Below, piece after piece: positions 38,887 to 48,979 of a DNA stretch of 64,000 nt. A program made the translations under genes and the position numbers. Position 1 is the first letter of the stretch; the number at the start of each line of letters is the position of its first letter. The notes beneath the pieces are model-generated. The model ran no database searches, had not been told where the DNA came from, and saw only the letters and a list, made by a program, of their open reading frames with translations. The DNA lies in contig JBDHAC010000010.1 of NCBI GenBank assembly GCA_039588275.1, forward strand, positions 32,001 to 96,000, given 5' to 3'. The stretch comes from Gemmatimonadota bacterium (lineage in GTDB: Bacteria; Gemmatimonadota; Gemmatimonadetes; Palauibacterales; Palauibacteraceae).

Positions 38887-41562
38887 CTAGAAGCCGGGCG
38901 CGAGCATCACTGCGTTCTGAACCAACCGGGAGGCGCCGACCCAAAACATCCGGTATTGCGTGTCGTCGACCAGGAAGACGACCTGCCCCTGCCCCAACGG
39001 CTGTACCGCCGCGAACGCCTGCCCCGCCAGCTTCTCGAGGTTCTCCCCGGAGGCGTACCCGGCGGTCAACAAGGTTGCCGCATCCCCATCGTAGCGCCCG
39101 ACCGTTCGTAGGCCTTCACCTGGCTCGAGCGCGCTCGAGCCGAACTTGAGCATGTACACCCGCTCGGGGAGCCCGGCAGCCATGGGGTGGGACGTGTCCA
39201 GCATCCCGCGCAGGGCTGATCCCGGGACCTGCTGCAGACCGAAGAACCGTTGACGATCCTCGAATCGCAGGTACGCAGCGGGATCCTCGCCTGTCGCCTC
39301 GGCGGCTGCACCGGCCTCGGCGGCTGCACCGGCCTCGCCACCTTCCGCGTCCAGGCTCGGCGTGAGCTTCGCGCTGGTCAGGCCTGATCTCCCCTCCGTA
39401 AAGATTATCGCGCTCGCCTGTGTGCCGATGAGCGTCCCCCCGGCACCCACCCACTCACGGAGCTGCTCCACACCCTCGTCGCCGAGCAAGCCACCCAGCC
39501 CGCCCGCGCTGGGGATCAGGATGACGTCGTACTCGTCCAGCTCTTCGGAGAGGAAATCCTGGGCCCGCAGCCGGGTGAGCCCGAGCTCCGTCTCCCGATC
39601 GAACAGGAACCAGAGAAACCCCGCCGAATACGTCGAGATCGGGCTGTCGACCAGCATGGCGATCTTTGGCTCAGGAATCGGCCGGCTGTCATCCGAACCC
39701 AGATCGATGCCGGAGGGCATCCGACCGCTATTCGACCCGACGATCTGGACACCGGCCGCCTGCGCGACCCGCTCCATGTCCGCGGCCGGATCCAATCCGG
39801 CGGGCTGCCGGCCGAGGAGGACGATCAGGGTGCCGATCCCGAACTCCCTGGTCCCATCGCCGAACGGCTTGCGCGCGAACCGGACCCGGTAGCCGGCGTC
39901 CCACAATCTCGCCAATGCCTTGGGAGCGCCCCGCTGCCGCCACTCGACCAGGTACGCGTACGTCGCGCCGGGATTCACCACACCCGATGGCGCGCTCGGT
40001 GCCGCCGTGAGGGGGGTCGTGACGACTCCCGTCCCGCTGGCGGTCCAATACGCGTCGAGGTTATAGGCCAGCGGCGCCGACCAGGTGGCCATGTCGTACA
40101 TAACCGAATCCTCGATCGCCAGGTTTCGGCCGAGCACCGTGTTGATGAACAGATGACGCGGTTGATCGGCGCGGACGATGAAGGTGCCCGCCGCGAACGT
40201 CCGGCGCTGCGGAACATCATCCCAGTAGTCGCGGGCGTCCGCGACCGTGAAATCCGCACTCGCCCTATCCACCTCCACGCCGTGCCGCAGCAGCATGTCG
40301 ATGACCCCGTAGAGCCATGTCGAGCGCTGCGGATCGTCGGGGAACAGATACGCCGCCGCGGGCCCCTTGTTGGTGCCCTGGCCATGCGCGTCGCGAAAAT
40401 AGCGCAGGAGCTCGGCCCGATTCTCGACCGCCGTTCGGATGGTGGCCATCGATGTCGTGTAGTGGTCGAAGATCCGCTGGCGGAGCGTGAGGACGTATCC
40501 GTCGTTCGTCTCGACCGCGCGGGCGCCGCGTCCCCCGCCCCCCTGCTCCACCAACATCCCGATCCCACCCATGACGCTCGGATAAGAAGAACCGTAACCG
40601 GGATAGAAGAAGTCGAACGACTCGCCCGTGGCATACATGAGACGGTTCTGATCGAACGCATCGGTGTTCGCGCGCCCGAAGGTCGCGTCCCAGCGCTCGT
40701 AATCATCCGGGAGCAGCAGGTTACGAGGAGTGGTGCCGGGGTGCGTGAAATAGTTGTCGTTGAAGCTCTGCTCGTGGTGGTCCACATGGACCTGTGGAAG
40801 CCACCGCTGGTACGCCGCGATTCGGCCCCGTGACTCCGGGTGCACGAGCCACACCCAGTCACGGTTCAAGTCGAACCAGTAGTGGTTGGTGCGTCCGCCC
40901 GGCCACGGCTCATCGTGCTCGAACTCCCTCGAGCTCGTGGTCAGGACGTTGCTCTGCACCGATCGATACCAGTTCACGTACCGGTCGCGGCCGTCCGGGT
41001 TGATGCAGGGATCGAGGACAACGACGGACTCTCCGAGCCAGCGCTCGATGTCGGCGTCGCGGCCTGCCGCCAGCCCATACGCGACCTGCATCGACGCCTC
41101 GGTCGATGAGGCCTCGTTCCCGTGCACGTTGTAGCTCAACCACGTGATCACGGGCTCGGAGGCCATATGTGTCTCCGCGTCCGCATCGCTCATCGAGCCC
41201 GGGTCCGCGAGCCCGAGATTGGCCTGCCGAATCTGCTCCAGTCGGCCGTGGTTCGCGGGGGTGGTGATGACCAGCGTGTAGAGCGGGCGGTCTTCGTAGG
41301 TCCGGCCATACTCTTCCATGGTCACGCGATCCGAGGCGGCGGCCAGGGCCTGCAAGTACGCCACGACGCGGTGGTGCGGCGTGAACTCGACTCCCAACTC
41401 GTAGCCGAGAAATTCGGCGGGAGACTGAATCGCCGGGTCGTAGCTCCCCTCCGGCGAGAAGGCGAACCGTTCCGGAACGAGAGGGTCCTGCGCGTGAAGC
41501 CAACCACCGAGGCCCAGGGAGAGGGCCGCAGCCGCCATCGGTGCTCGTATCCTGTCGATCAT
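38887..41562 (-). CDS. M14 zinc carboxypeptidase family, secreted
   Basis: YGRTYEDRP, YNVHGNE, NPDGR, NHYWFDLNRDW, DHHEQ. Confidence 0.92.
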   Translation of the reverse strand: MIDRIRAPMAAAALSLGLGGWLHAQDPLVPERFAFSPEGSYDPAIQSPAEFLGYELGVEFTPHHRVVAYLQALAAASDRVTMEEYGRTYEDRPLYTLVITTPANHGRLEQIRQANLGLADPGSMSDADAETHMASEPVITWLSYNVHGNEASSTEASMQVAYGLAAGRDADIERWLGESVVVLDPCINPDGRDRYVNWYRSVQSNVLTTSSREFEHDEPWPGGRTNHYWFDLNRDWVWLVHPESRGRIAAYQRWLPQVHVDHHEQSFNDNYFTHPGTTPRNLLLPDDYERWDATFGRANTDAFDQNRLMYATGESFDFFYPGYGSSYPSVMGGIGMLVEQGGGGRGARAVETNDGYVLTLRQRIFDHYTTSMATIRTAVENRAELLRYFRDAHGQGTNKGPAAAYLFPDDPQRSTWLYGVIDMLLRHGVEVDRASADFTVADARDYWDDVPQRRTFAAGTFIVRADQPRHLFINTVLGRNLAIEDSVMYDMATWSAPLAYNLDAYWTASGTGVVTTPLTAAPSAPSGVVNPGATYAYLVEWRQRGAPKALARLWDAGYRVRFARKPFGDGTREFGIGTLIVLLGRQPAGLDPAADMERVAQAAGVQIVGSNSGRMPSGIDLGSDDSRPIPEPKIAMLVDSPISTYSAGFLWFLFDRETELGLTRLRAQDFLSEELDEYDVILIPSAGGLGGLLGDEGVEQLREWVGAGGTLIGTQASAIIFTEGRSGLTSAKLTPSLDAEGGEAGAAAEAGAAAEATGEDPAAYLRFEDRQRFFGLQQVPGSALRGMLDTSHPMAAGLPERVYMLKFGSSALEPGEGLRTVGRYDGDAATLLTAGYASGENLEKLAGQAFAAVQPLGQGQVVFLVDDTQYRMFWVGASRLVQNAVMLAPGF
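39296..39337. repeat. Exact in-frame 18-bp tandem duplication (EAGAAA x2)
   Basis: GCCTCGGCGGCTGCACCG at 39296 and 39314. Confidence 0.9.
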
Positions 41563-41759
41563 CGATCCACTCTGGTGAGGGGGCTCCGCTAGGCGCCTGC
41601 CTCTCCGCGAGGCCGCGGAGCGCGAGAACGCCGTTGAACATGGGTCGGCAATCTACGGGGAGGATTGCGTCGTAGGCACGGGCGGCCCACTCCTCGCCGT
41701 AATCCGGTTCCACCTGCATACTGGTTCAGTCCAGCAACCTCACTCACAGAGGCGAAACG

Positions 41760-43844
41760 ATGATCCGCTTCACCGCGCGCACGCTCGCACGAATCGTTGT
41801 CCTCCAGATATTCCTGCTGGCGTCAGGCATGACGCTTTCGGCACAGGAGTCGCCCGCATCGGAAACGAGCCCGCGTCCCATGACCGTTGAGGACGTGCTC
41901 GCGCTCAAGAGCGTCGGGCAGGTGACGATAAGCCCCAACGGAGGCTGGGTTGCTTACGTAGTGACGACGCGCGACTTCGAGGAGGACCGCAACGAAACGG
42001 ACCTATGGGTCGTCTCCACCGACCCCGACGGCGGACCGCCGCGTCGGCTCACGTACCGTGAGGGCGCCGATAACGCGCCGCGGTGGCACCCCGACAGCGG
42101 GTGGCTCGCGTTCGGATCGGACCGCGGCGAGAAACGTCAGGTGTACGGCATCCGACCCGACGGGGGCGAAGCCTGGCAGGTGACGGACTTCGAGACCGCT
42201 GTGGGCCAATTCCGCTTCTCTCCCGACGGATCGCAACTCGCGTTCACGTCCTCCCCGGAGCCCACCGAGGCGGACGAGGAGCTCGAGAAGACGCGCGGCC
42301 GCCCCATCGTGTGGGACAGCGCGTACACGGACCAATGGTCCCGGCTTTACTCGGCCCCGCTCGAGGATGACCGGATCGGTGAGGCGAGCCGGCGTTCTCC
42401 CGATTCCGTGTACGTCAACGGGTTCACGTGGGGACCGGACTCGCGGGCGATCGCGTTTGGCGGCCGGCCGTCACCGGCCCTGCGCACGTATCGGCTGGGC
42501 AGCGTCTACGTGCAGATGGAGCCCGATGTTCCCGCACGGCAGGTGACCACGATGCCCGGCGGTGAGAATCCGGTGGCGTGGAGTGAAGGTGTGGGTCTTA
42601 TCGTATCGGGCTCCGGCCACGAGCTCGGCACCCACAACGGGCAGCTGTGGGGGATCCCGCTGAGCGATGCGGGCGAGGCGGCCGGCGAACCAGTCTCGCT
42701 CACGGGCGGCCTGGACGAGAACGCGGGCTTCGTCGTCGTGACGTCCGAGGAGCTCCTCGTGCAGGCCGCGCACCGGACGGGGCGGCGTCTCTACCGCATC
42801 CCGCTCGAGGGCGCCGGGGCGGGTGGTGCCGGGGTCCGCGCGTCAGGCCCTCCAGAGGCCTTGACCGACGACGCGCGTTTCTATTCAGGGTTCTCCGCCA
42901 CGAAGGATGGCTCTCAGGTGGCCTTCACGGCAGAGGATGCGGCCAATCCCGCCGACGTGTACGTCACCACCACCACTGGGTTCGGTGTTCAGCGGCTCAC
43001 CGACATGAACCCACAGGTGCAGGACTTCGAGCTCGGCGACCAGCGCGTGGTGTCGTGGCGTTCCCGCGCAGACGGCGAGGAGATCGAGGGAGTTCTCACG
43101 CTTCCGGTCGGTTACCGCGACGGAGACCGTGTTCCCCTCGTGCTCGTGATCCACGGCGGACCCTCCGGAGTCTCTTCGGATCGGTTTTCCGCCACGCGGG
43201 GCGCGTATCCGATCCAGGTGTACGCCGGGCTGGGCATCGCCACCTTGCAGCCCAACTACAGGGGCTCGACAGGATATGGCGAGCGATTCCGCGGCCTCAA
43301 CCGCGGCGACATATCGGGTCGCGACTGGATCGACATCGACTCGGGGGTCGACACGATGATCGAGCTCGGGATCGCGGATCCGGATCGCCTCGGCGTGAGT
43401 GGATGGAGCTTCGGTGGCCACCACACTTATTGGGGAATCACGCAGACCGATCGGTTCGCGGCGGCCAGCGCGGGGGCGGGCGCCAATGACCTCGTCTCCA
43501 TGTACTCGCAGACGGACCTCCCGGAGTTCTACCACACGTACTTGGGCCCGAGACCGTGGGAGGACTTCGATCTGTACGAGGAGCGCTCCGCCTACCGCTA
43601 CGTCGAGAACGTCACGACACCGTTGCTCATCCAAGTGGGCGAACGGGACGAGCGGGTTCCCGCCGAGCAGAGTATTCAGTTCTACGAGGCGGTGAGGGCG
43701 ATCGGGAAAGCCCCCGTTGCGCTGGTCCTGTATCCAGGTCAACCACACGGGGTTAGGGCACCGCGTCTCGTCCGAGATCTCATGTCCAGAAACGTGGAAT
43801 GGCTCACGAAGTGGCTCCTCGAGGAGCAGAAGCTCGTGCCGTAA
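41760..43844 (+). CDS. S9-family (acylaminoacyl/dipeptidyl) peptidase, secreted
   Basis: Signal peptide; PD40 repeats; IHGGP, PNYRGSTGYG, GWSFGG, DERVP, QPHG. Confidence 0.93.
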   Translation: MIRFTARTLARIVVLQIFLLASGMTLSAQESPASETSPRPMTVEDVLALKSVGQVTISPNGGWVAYVVTTRDFEEDRNETDLWVVSTDPDGGPPRRLTYREGADNAPRWHPDSGWLAFGSDRGEKRQVYGIRPDGGEAWQVTDFETAVGQFRFSPDGSQLAFTSSPEPTEADEELEKTRGRPIVWDSAYTDQWSRLYSAPLEDDRIGEASRRSPDSVYVNGFTWGPDSRAIAFGGRPSPALRTYRLGSVYVQMEPDVPARQVTTMPGGENPVAWSEGVGLIVSGSGHELGTHNGQLWGIPLSDAGEAAGEPVSLTGGLDENAGFVVVTSEELLVQAAHRTGRRLYRIPLEGAGAGGAGVRASGPPEALTDDARFYSGFSATKDGSQVAFTAEDAANPADVYVTTTTGFGVQRLTDMNPQVQDFELGDQRVVSWRSRADGEEIEGVLTLPVGYRDGDRVPLVLVIHGGPSGVSSDRFSATRGAYPIQVYAGLGIATLQPNYRGSTGYGERFRGLNRGDISGRDWIDIDSGVDTMIELGIADPDRLGVSGWSFGGHHTYWGITQTDRFAAASAGAGANDLVSMYSQTDLPEFYHTYLGPRPWEDFDLYEERSAYRYVENVTTPLLIQVGERDERVPAEQSIQFYEAVRAIGKAPVALVLYPGQPHGVRAPRLVRDLMSRNVEWLTKWLLEEQKLVP

Positions 43845-43919
43845 CGGACCCACGCGTGAGTGGTCCCGATCGTCATGGTCCGTGCACGCTCGCATAGAAC
43901 ACAGACACAGGAGAATCCG

Positions 43920-44600
43920 ATGAGGAGACGACCCCGCGCCTCTGTCGGGCGGGCCCGAGCATCGGTGGAGCCGACCCTCGGCCGACTCCTGTCGGGCATC
44001 GCGATCTGTCTGCTCTTGGCCTCGAGCCTACACGGCCAGGTTTCGGCTGCCGAGGTCGTCTCACAGGAACTTCGCGAAGCACCGCAAGAGGATTCCCGGT
44101 CGTGGATGACGCGGCTGATCGACGTGATGGACCTCCAACCCGGCATGACGGCGGCGGATGTCGGGGCAGGCAACGGACGGTGGGCGGCAGGCATGGCCCG
44201 GCATATCGGCTCGGATGGACAGGTGTTCGCGAACGAGATCGTGGAGCGTCTGCTCGAGCGGATTCGCCGCACGGCGGACGAGCTCGGCGTCGACAACGTG
44301 GTCCCCGTGCTCGGAAGCGAGACCGATGCCAACCTTCCGCCCGAATGCTGTGACCGAATGCTGGTGCGGTTGGCGTACCACGAGTTCCGGCACGAGGAGC
44401 CGATGAGCGCCACGATGCTCGCAGCTTTGAAGCCGGGAGGGTTCCTCGTGATCATCGAGAACTCCGGACAGCACTCTCACAGCATCGCGCCTGCACTAGT
44501 GATCCAGCAGCTCAGCGCCGCGGGTTTCGAGTTCGTCCGCCAGATAGACGGGTGGGATGACCGCCCGAGCCGATACCTGCAGCTGTTCCGAAAGCCGTAG
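43920..44600 (+). CDS. Class I SAM-dependent methyltransferase with a signal-peptide-like N-terminus
   Basis: CAGGAG RBS; ADVGAGNG, YHEF, LKPGG. Confidence 0.88.
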   Translation: MRRRPRASVGRARASVEPTLGRLLSGIAICLLLASSLHGQVSAAEVVSQELREAPQEDSRSWMTRLIDVMDLQPGMTAADVGAGNGRWAAGMARHIGSDGQVFANEIVERLLERIRRTADELGVDNVVPVLGSETDANLPPECCDRMLVRLAYHEFRHEEPMSATMLAALKPGGFLVIIENSGQHSHSIAPALVIQQLSAAGFEFVRQIDGWDDRPSRYLQLFRKP

Positions 44601-44639
44601 CCCGCCCCGCCACCCTACGATCGAAGAGGACTCTGCCAA

Positions 44640-44996
44640 GTGACACTCCTTAGACTGATCCCGTTCATCCTGGCTTCCCTGGTCCTGGGAGCACACTTCC
44701 TCAGGGATGGGCTCGTCGTTCTCGTGGCTGTCTGCGCGCTGCTCCCCTTCCTACTCCTGGTCCGGAGACGCTGGGTTCTGCCGCTCCTGCAGGTCTACAT
44801 CCTCGTGGGTGCACTCGTTTGGGCGCAGACGACGTACGCCCTCGTGCGATCCCGCGGGGCAGAGGGAGAGCCATGGACACGGATGTTCCTGATCCTGGGT
44901 GGGGTCACGGTCTTCACGCTGTGGGCCGGATATCTCCTGCGTTCCCAGCGCGTGCGGGAACGGTACACGCGTGATTCAGGAGAGATGGACCGATAG
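44640..44996 (+). CDS. Small 4-TM membrane protein
   Basis: LVLGAHFLR...PWTRMFLILG; hydrophobic segments. Confidence 0.78.
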   Translation: MTLLRLIPFILASLVLGAHFLRDGLVVLVAVCALLPFLLLVRRRWVLPLLQVYILVGALVWAQTTYALVRSRGAEGEPWTRMFLILGGVTVFTLWAGYLLRSQRVRERYTRDSGEMDR

Positions 44997-45079
44997 TGGA
45001 CGGATCTCGGCGGGGTCGGTGCCGGGGAGTCTGCCCACGGGGGATGCACAGCGAGAGGAGAAGGAGCGTGGAAGCGCGA

Positions 45080-45760
45080 ATGCACCGGGGCCTCACCCTT
45101 GCCGCCTTGCTCTCATGGGCCTTCATGGGATTCCCGGGAGCCGTTCTCGGCCAACCCGCGCGTCAGCCACTTCGAACCATCGTCGAGGATTTCGAGGCCG
45201 GCTGGGAGGACCGTTGGCGGACGCAGAATCTGGGACGCGGTCGGACGGCGTATACGGCCGTGGACGGTGGTGACTCTCGCGCACTGCGGGCGATCAGCGA
45301 CGATGCAGGCTCGGCCGTTGTCCGACCCCTATACCTCGCTGACCTGACCGAGGGCACGATCGAGTGGCGGTGGAAAGTTGCAGGCAGTATCGCGGGCAAC
45401 GATCGCGAGCGCGAGCGAGCCGGTGACGACTACGCGGCGAGGCTGTTCGTCGTTTTCGGCTCCAGAAGTTCCATCCGTGATGCCATCTGCTACGTGTGGG
45501 CGGCGGGGGAGCCTTCCGGGAGCGTGTACCCGAGCCCGTACGTCAAGAGCGTCGCCATGATCGTGCTGCAGAGCGGTGACGCGCGGGCCGGGGAGTGGAT
45601 CACCGAACGCCGGGATGTGCTCGCCGATTATCGAGCGTTCTTCGGCGAGGATCCGGAAGCCCCCACCGCGATCGCGTTGATGGTCGACACCGATGATACC
45701 GGGTCGAGCGGCCTGGCCTGGTTCGACGACATTCGCCTCGAGGTGAGGGAGAAACCGTAG
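45080..45760 (+). CDS. DUF3047-family secreted protein (start uncertain, 45044-45080)
   Basis: WRWKV, GDDYAARLFVVF, ICYVW, ERRDVLADY, MVDTDDTG, FDDI. Confidence 0.88.
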   Translation: MHRGLTLAALLSWAFMGFPGAVLGQPARQPLRTIVEDFEAGWEDRWRTQNLGRGRTAYTAVDGGDSRALRAISDDAGSAVVRPLYLADLTEGTIEWRWKVAGSIAGNDRERERAGDDYAARLFVVFGSRSSIRDAICYVWAAGEPSGSVYPSPYVKSVAMIVLQSGDARAGEWITERRDVLADYRAFFGEDPEAPTAIALMVDTDDTGSSGLAWFDDIRLEVREKP

Positions 45761-45784
45761 CCCGCCTCGTAGAACTCGGGCGAC

Positions 45785-46498
45785 CTAGGCCGCGGCCTCC
45801 GCGGCTTCGGTCAGCGCCAGCCGACCGGCGGTCCCGGCCACAAGGTCGTACGCGGCGTGGGCGACGATCGGCGCCCACAAAGACCCCGACAGCAGGTACA
45901 GACCTCCGAGCAGGGCGCCCGCGGCGGCGGTCTTGAAGACACCGGCGATCTCCTGATAGGCGTGCGCGAGCCCGAATGCCGCGGTGGAGAGCGCCCACGC
46001 GGCCGCGACGGGCATGTACGCCCCCAGGTAGGCGATCAGGAAACCCCTGTACAGGATCTCTTCGCAGATTCCGGCGGTGATCGCCAGCGCGGTGAACCAC
46101 CGCGCCTCCTCGTCATCGTGTGGAAGGTAGTCCGCGACGTTGCCCATCTGTGTTCGCAGCTTCGCCCGGGCATCGGCGCTGTCGCGTACGCCTCTCAGCT
46201 GCGTCAGCAATACCGCGACGAGCAGGATCGTCAGACCCGCACCGATCCACCCGCCCCGTCCCGCGAGCGGCCCGAACCCCAGCACGCTCCAGCCCCTCCC
46301 AATCAGAGTCCAGAAGACGAGCAGCGCTATCGTGGGAACCCACTCCAGGAACAGGTCCTCGCGATAAATCCGGATCCGCGCGTCGCGGCGCCCAGCGGCG
46401 ATCTCCCGTTTCAGACGCTTGAAGGACCGGATACCATACGCCGGAATGAGGGCTGCGAGGACGATCAGGAGCAGGTGGTCGAAGAGTTGGGGGATCAC
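45785..46498 (-). CDS. CPBP/CAAX (Abi) intramembrane glutamic endopeptidase
   Basis: AGICEEILYRG, FGLAH, HAAYD. Confidence 0.92.
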   Translation of the reverse strand: MIPQLFDHLLLIVLAALIPAYGIRSFKRLKREIAAGRRDARIRIYREDLFLEWVPTIALLVFWTLIGRGWSVLGFGPLAGRGGWIGAGLTILLVAVLLTQLRGVRDSADARAKLRTQMGNVADYLPHDDEEARWFTALAITAGICEEILYRGFLIAYLGAYMPVAAAWALSTAAFGLAHAYQEIAGVFKTAAAGALLGGLYLLSGSLWAPIVAHAAYDLVAGTAGRLALTEAAEAAA

Positions 46499-46560
46499 CT
46501 TTCCGCCTTCGCGGTCTTACCGGGCAACGGCAGCGGTCTTACGTCGCAGCATCAGCTGTC

Positions 46561-48858
46561 CTATCCCGCGCGTCCACCCAACCGTGCGAGCGCTTCCCTG
46601 GCCCGGACCGCCGGCTCGAACGAGGCGTCCGCCGATTCCCACGCGGTCATGGCCTCCTGCAGGACCTCGCGCGCTTCGTCCGCGGACCCCTGCTCCTCGA
46701 GCACGAGCGCGAGCTCGTAGTTGGCCACGGGATCCCCTGGCTCCACGAGCAGCGCCTCTTGGATCGACGCGGCGGCGGCGTCCAGCTCGCCCAGCTCACG
46801 CTGACAGCGGCCGATCGCGATCTTCGGGTCGAGATCCGTCGGCGTGAGGGCTACCTGCCGACGATACTGCTCGATCGCCTGCGACCACTCCTCTCGATCT
46901 TCGTGGATTCTTCCCTGGGCTTCGACGACGATGCGGCGCAGCGCTTCTGCGCTCAGCGTCCGGATCAGCTCCTCCATCCCTGGCAGCGATGCTTCAGCCC
47001 GGTCGGGCTCGTGCATCTCGAGATGGATGCGCAGCTCCCCGAGAGCCGCGAGCTTGTCGAACGGTGTAGAGAGCTCCGCCGACAGGCTCTCGAGCCTACG
47101 AAGCGCTTCGTCCGGACGGCCCGCCTTCACGTACAGTGACAGTGCCAGCATCTGCTGAGCGACAAGCACGAAGGGCGGCTGGAACGATCGACTCTCGGCG
47201 AGCCTCCGCTCCGCAAACTCGAGCGCCAGCGAGATCTGGCCGCGAAGCTCGTAGTAATCCGCGAGCGCGTCGAGCGCTTCCTCACGCTCCTGGGCGGTCC
47301 TGGCCACGGCGAGCATGTTCTCGTACTGCTCAAGCGAGCCCGAATAGTCGCCCAGGGACAGGTCGAGGTTCGCCAGCCTCAGCATCGGACCCTGATCCGC
47401 GGGATCGAGCAGCGTCGCGCGCTCGAAGTTGGCCCGGGCCTCGTCGTGGTCTCCGCGCTGGCGGTGGATATCGCCGACCTCAAGCATCGTCTCCGGGTCG
47501 TCCGGGAACAGCTCGAGGTAGCGGAAGTAGTAGTCCAGGGCCTCGTCGAACTTGGCCTGTGATTCGTACAGGTCCCCGATCTGTCGGAGGATCTGATTCT
47601 GCCCGGGATCCAGCTCGACCACCCGGCTCAGCGAAGCGATCGCGTCGTCCGGCTCGTTCATGCTGAGCCACACCTGCGCGAGCACTTGATGCGGCGCGAT
47701 GTCGTCCGGGAACAGCTCCGCCCACATGTTCAACACCGCGATTCCGCGCTCGGTGTCCTGCCGTAGGAAGTAGTGCTCGGCCTTTACCCTGAATTGCAGG
47801 CGCTCCGGCATCCGGTACATGTACTCCATGGCCGCTTGCAGTCGCGCGATCCCCTCAGGGCCCCGATTGGCCAGGATCTGGACCTGGTAGAGGATGAGGT
47901 TCGCCAGCGCGAAGGTGGGATCCAGCGCCACCGCCTCGGAGAGGGAGCGAGCGGCCGCTTCGTAGTCGTCCCGGACTGCGAGCTCCCTCACCCCGTCCGC
48001 GAACAACCGGAAGACCACCGGATCCGAGGTGAGGATCTCGGAGACCGGAAGATCGACCGCACCTTCCAGGCTCTCCGCGCTCGGAATCTCGAGGTCCTCT
48101 CTCAGCTGACCGGCGATCCGATCCGCGAGCTCGAGCGGCTCGATTCCGGAGTATTCGTGTCGGGCCACCACCTGCGCGCGGGCCGTGCGGTACAGCGTCA
48201 CGGTCGCCTGGATGCTGTCACCCGCCGTCGACACGGTCCCCGCGACGAAGTGATCGCGGTGCAGGTCTTCGGAGAGCTCCCGCTGGAAGATCAGCGGGAC
48301 CCCCGTCAGATCGTCGAATCCGGCCTCTCTCAGCCGGTCCTTGAACAGGGCCGGGATCTGTATCTCGACGAACTGCTCCTGAAAGAGATCGGTAGCTATC
48401 GCTTGCGGGAGCGCATACTGAAGCCAGGCACCGGAGGTGTCTGCGCTCTCGAGGTCGAAGTTGAACAGGGCCAGCCGACGCCGGAACGACTCCTTGGGGA
48501 TGACGCGCTCGACCTCGTTTCCCTCTTCGTCCTCGACCGTGACCACCGTCGTGACCGCGCCCAGATCGCGCCCCCAGAAGACCGCGCCGAGTACCGCGGC
48601 GGCGACGGCCAGGTTCAACGGCACGCCGATCTTCTCGGAGCGCGTTACGGGATCCGCTCCGGCGCGGCCGTGATGATACGCGATCAGCACCACGCTCGGA
48701 ATTACAAGCGCCGCCGTGAGCAGCGCGAAGTCCGTGAGGGCCGGAGAGAGCAGGTAGCGGTTCACGAGGAAGTCGAGGAACTCCACGAGCCCCCAGCACA
48801 CGCCGATGTACAGCAGCAGGTACCGGAACACGTGTCGCTCGCGCAGGTCGTTGATCAA
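46561..48858 (-). CDS. Membrane-anchored TPR protein (3 N-terminal TMs, TolB_N/FlgO-like domain, TPRs)
   Basis: LRERHVFR + TM helices; LALFNF; repeated A/LxxLDP TPR turns. Confidence 0.85.
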   Translation of the reverse strand: MINDLRERHVFRYLLLYIGVCWGLVEFLDFLVNRYLLSPALTDFALLTAALVIPSVVLIAYHHGRAGADPVTRSEKIGVPLNLAVAAAVLGAVFWGRDLGAVTTVVTVEDEEGNEVERVIPKESFRRRLALFNFDLESADTSGAWLQYALPQAIATDLFQEQFVEIQIPALFKDRLREAGFDDLTGVPLIFQRELSEDLHRDHFVAGTVSTAGDSIQATVTLYRTARAQVVARHEYSGIEPLELADRIAGQLREDLEIPSAESLEGAVDLPVSEILTSDPVVFRLFADGVRELAVRDDYEAAARSLSEAVALDPTFALANLILYQVQILANRGPEGIARLQAAMEYMYRMPERLQFRVKAEHYFLRQDTERGIAVLNMWAELFPDDIAPHQVLAQVWLSMNEPDDAIASLSRVVELDPGQNQILRQIGDLYESQAKFDEALDYYFRYLELFPDDPETMLEVGDIHRQRGDHDEARANFERATLLDPADQGPMLRLANLDLSLGDYSGSLEQYENMLAVARTAQEREEALDALADYYELRGQISLALEFAERRLAESRSFQPPFVLVAQQMLALSLYVKAGRPDEALRRLESLSAELSTPFDKLAALGELRIHLEMHEPDRAEASLPGMEELIRTLSAEALRRIVVEAQGRIHEDREEWSQAIEQYRRQVALTPTDLDPKIAIGRCQRELGELDAAAASIQEALLVEPGDPVANYELALVLEEQGSADEAREVLQEAMTAWESADASFEPAVRAREALARLGGRAG

Positions 48859-48979
48859 CGCCGATATCTACCTTCCCGTCATTCGCGGCCAGGATTCTCG
48901 GAACTGTCCCGGTGCCCGCCCGGGACTCTCCTCAACGGCGCCTAAATGTCGGCGTGCTGGCCTTTAATTCAAGTCCGAG

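Noticed and set aside
45785..46498. Abi-named domain as phage defence
   Set aside because: CPBP/CAAX protease motifs only; no defence-island context.
48856..48882. In-frame ATG-ACG-GGA-AGG-TAG just upstream of the TPR gene (amber read-through?)
   Set aside because: GGAAGG is more simply an RBS for the TTG start. TAG is a normal stop in many genes here and no pyl genes are seen.
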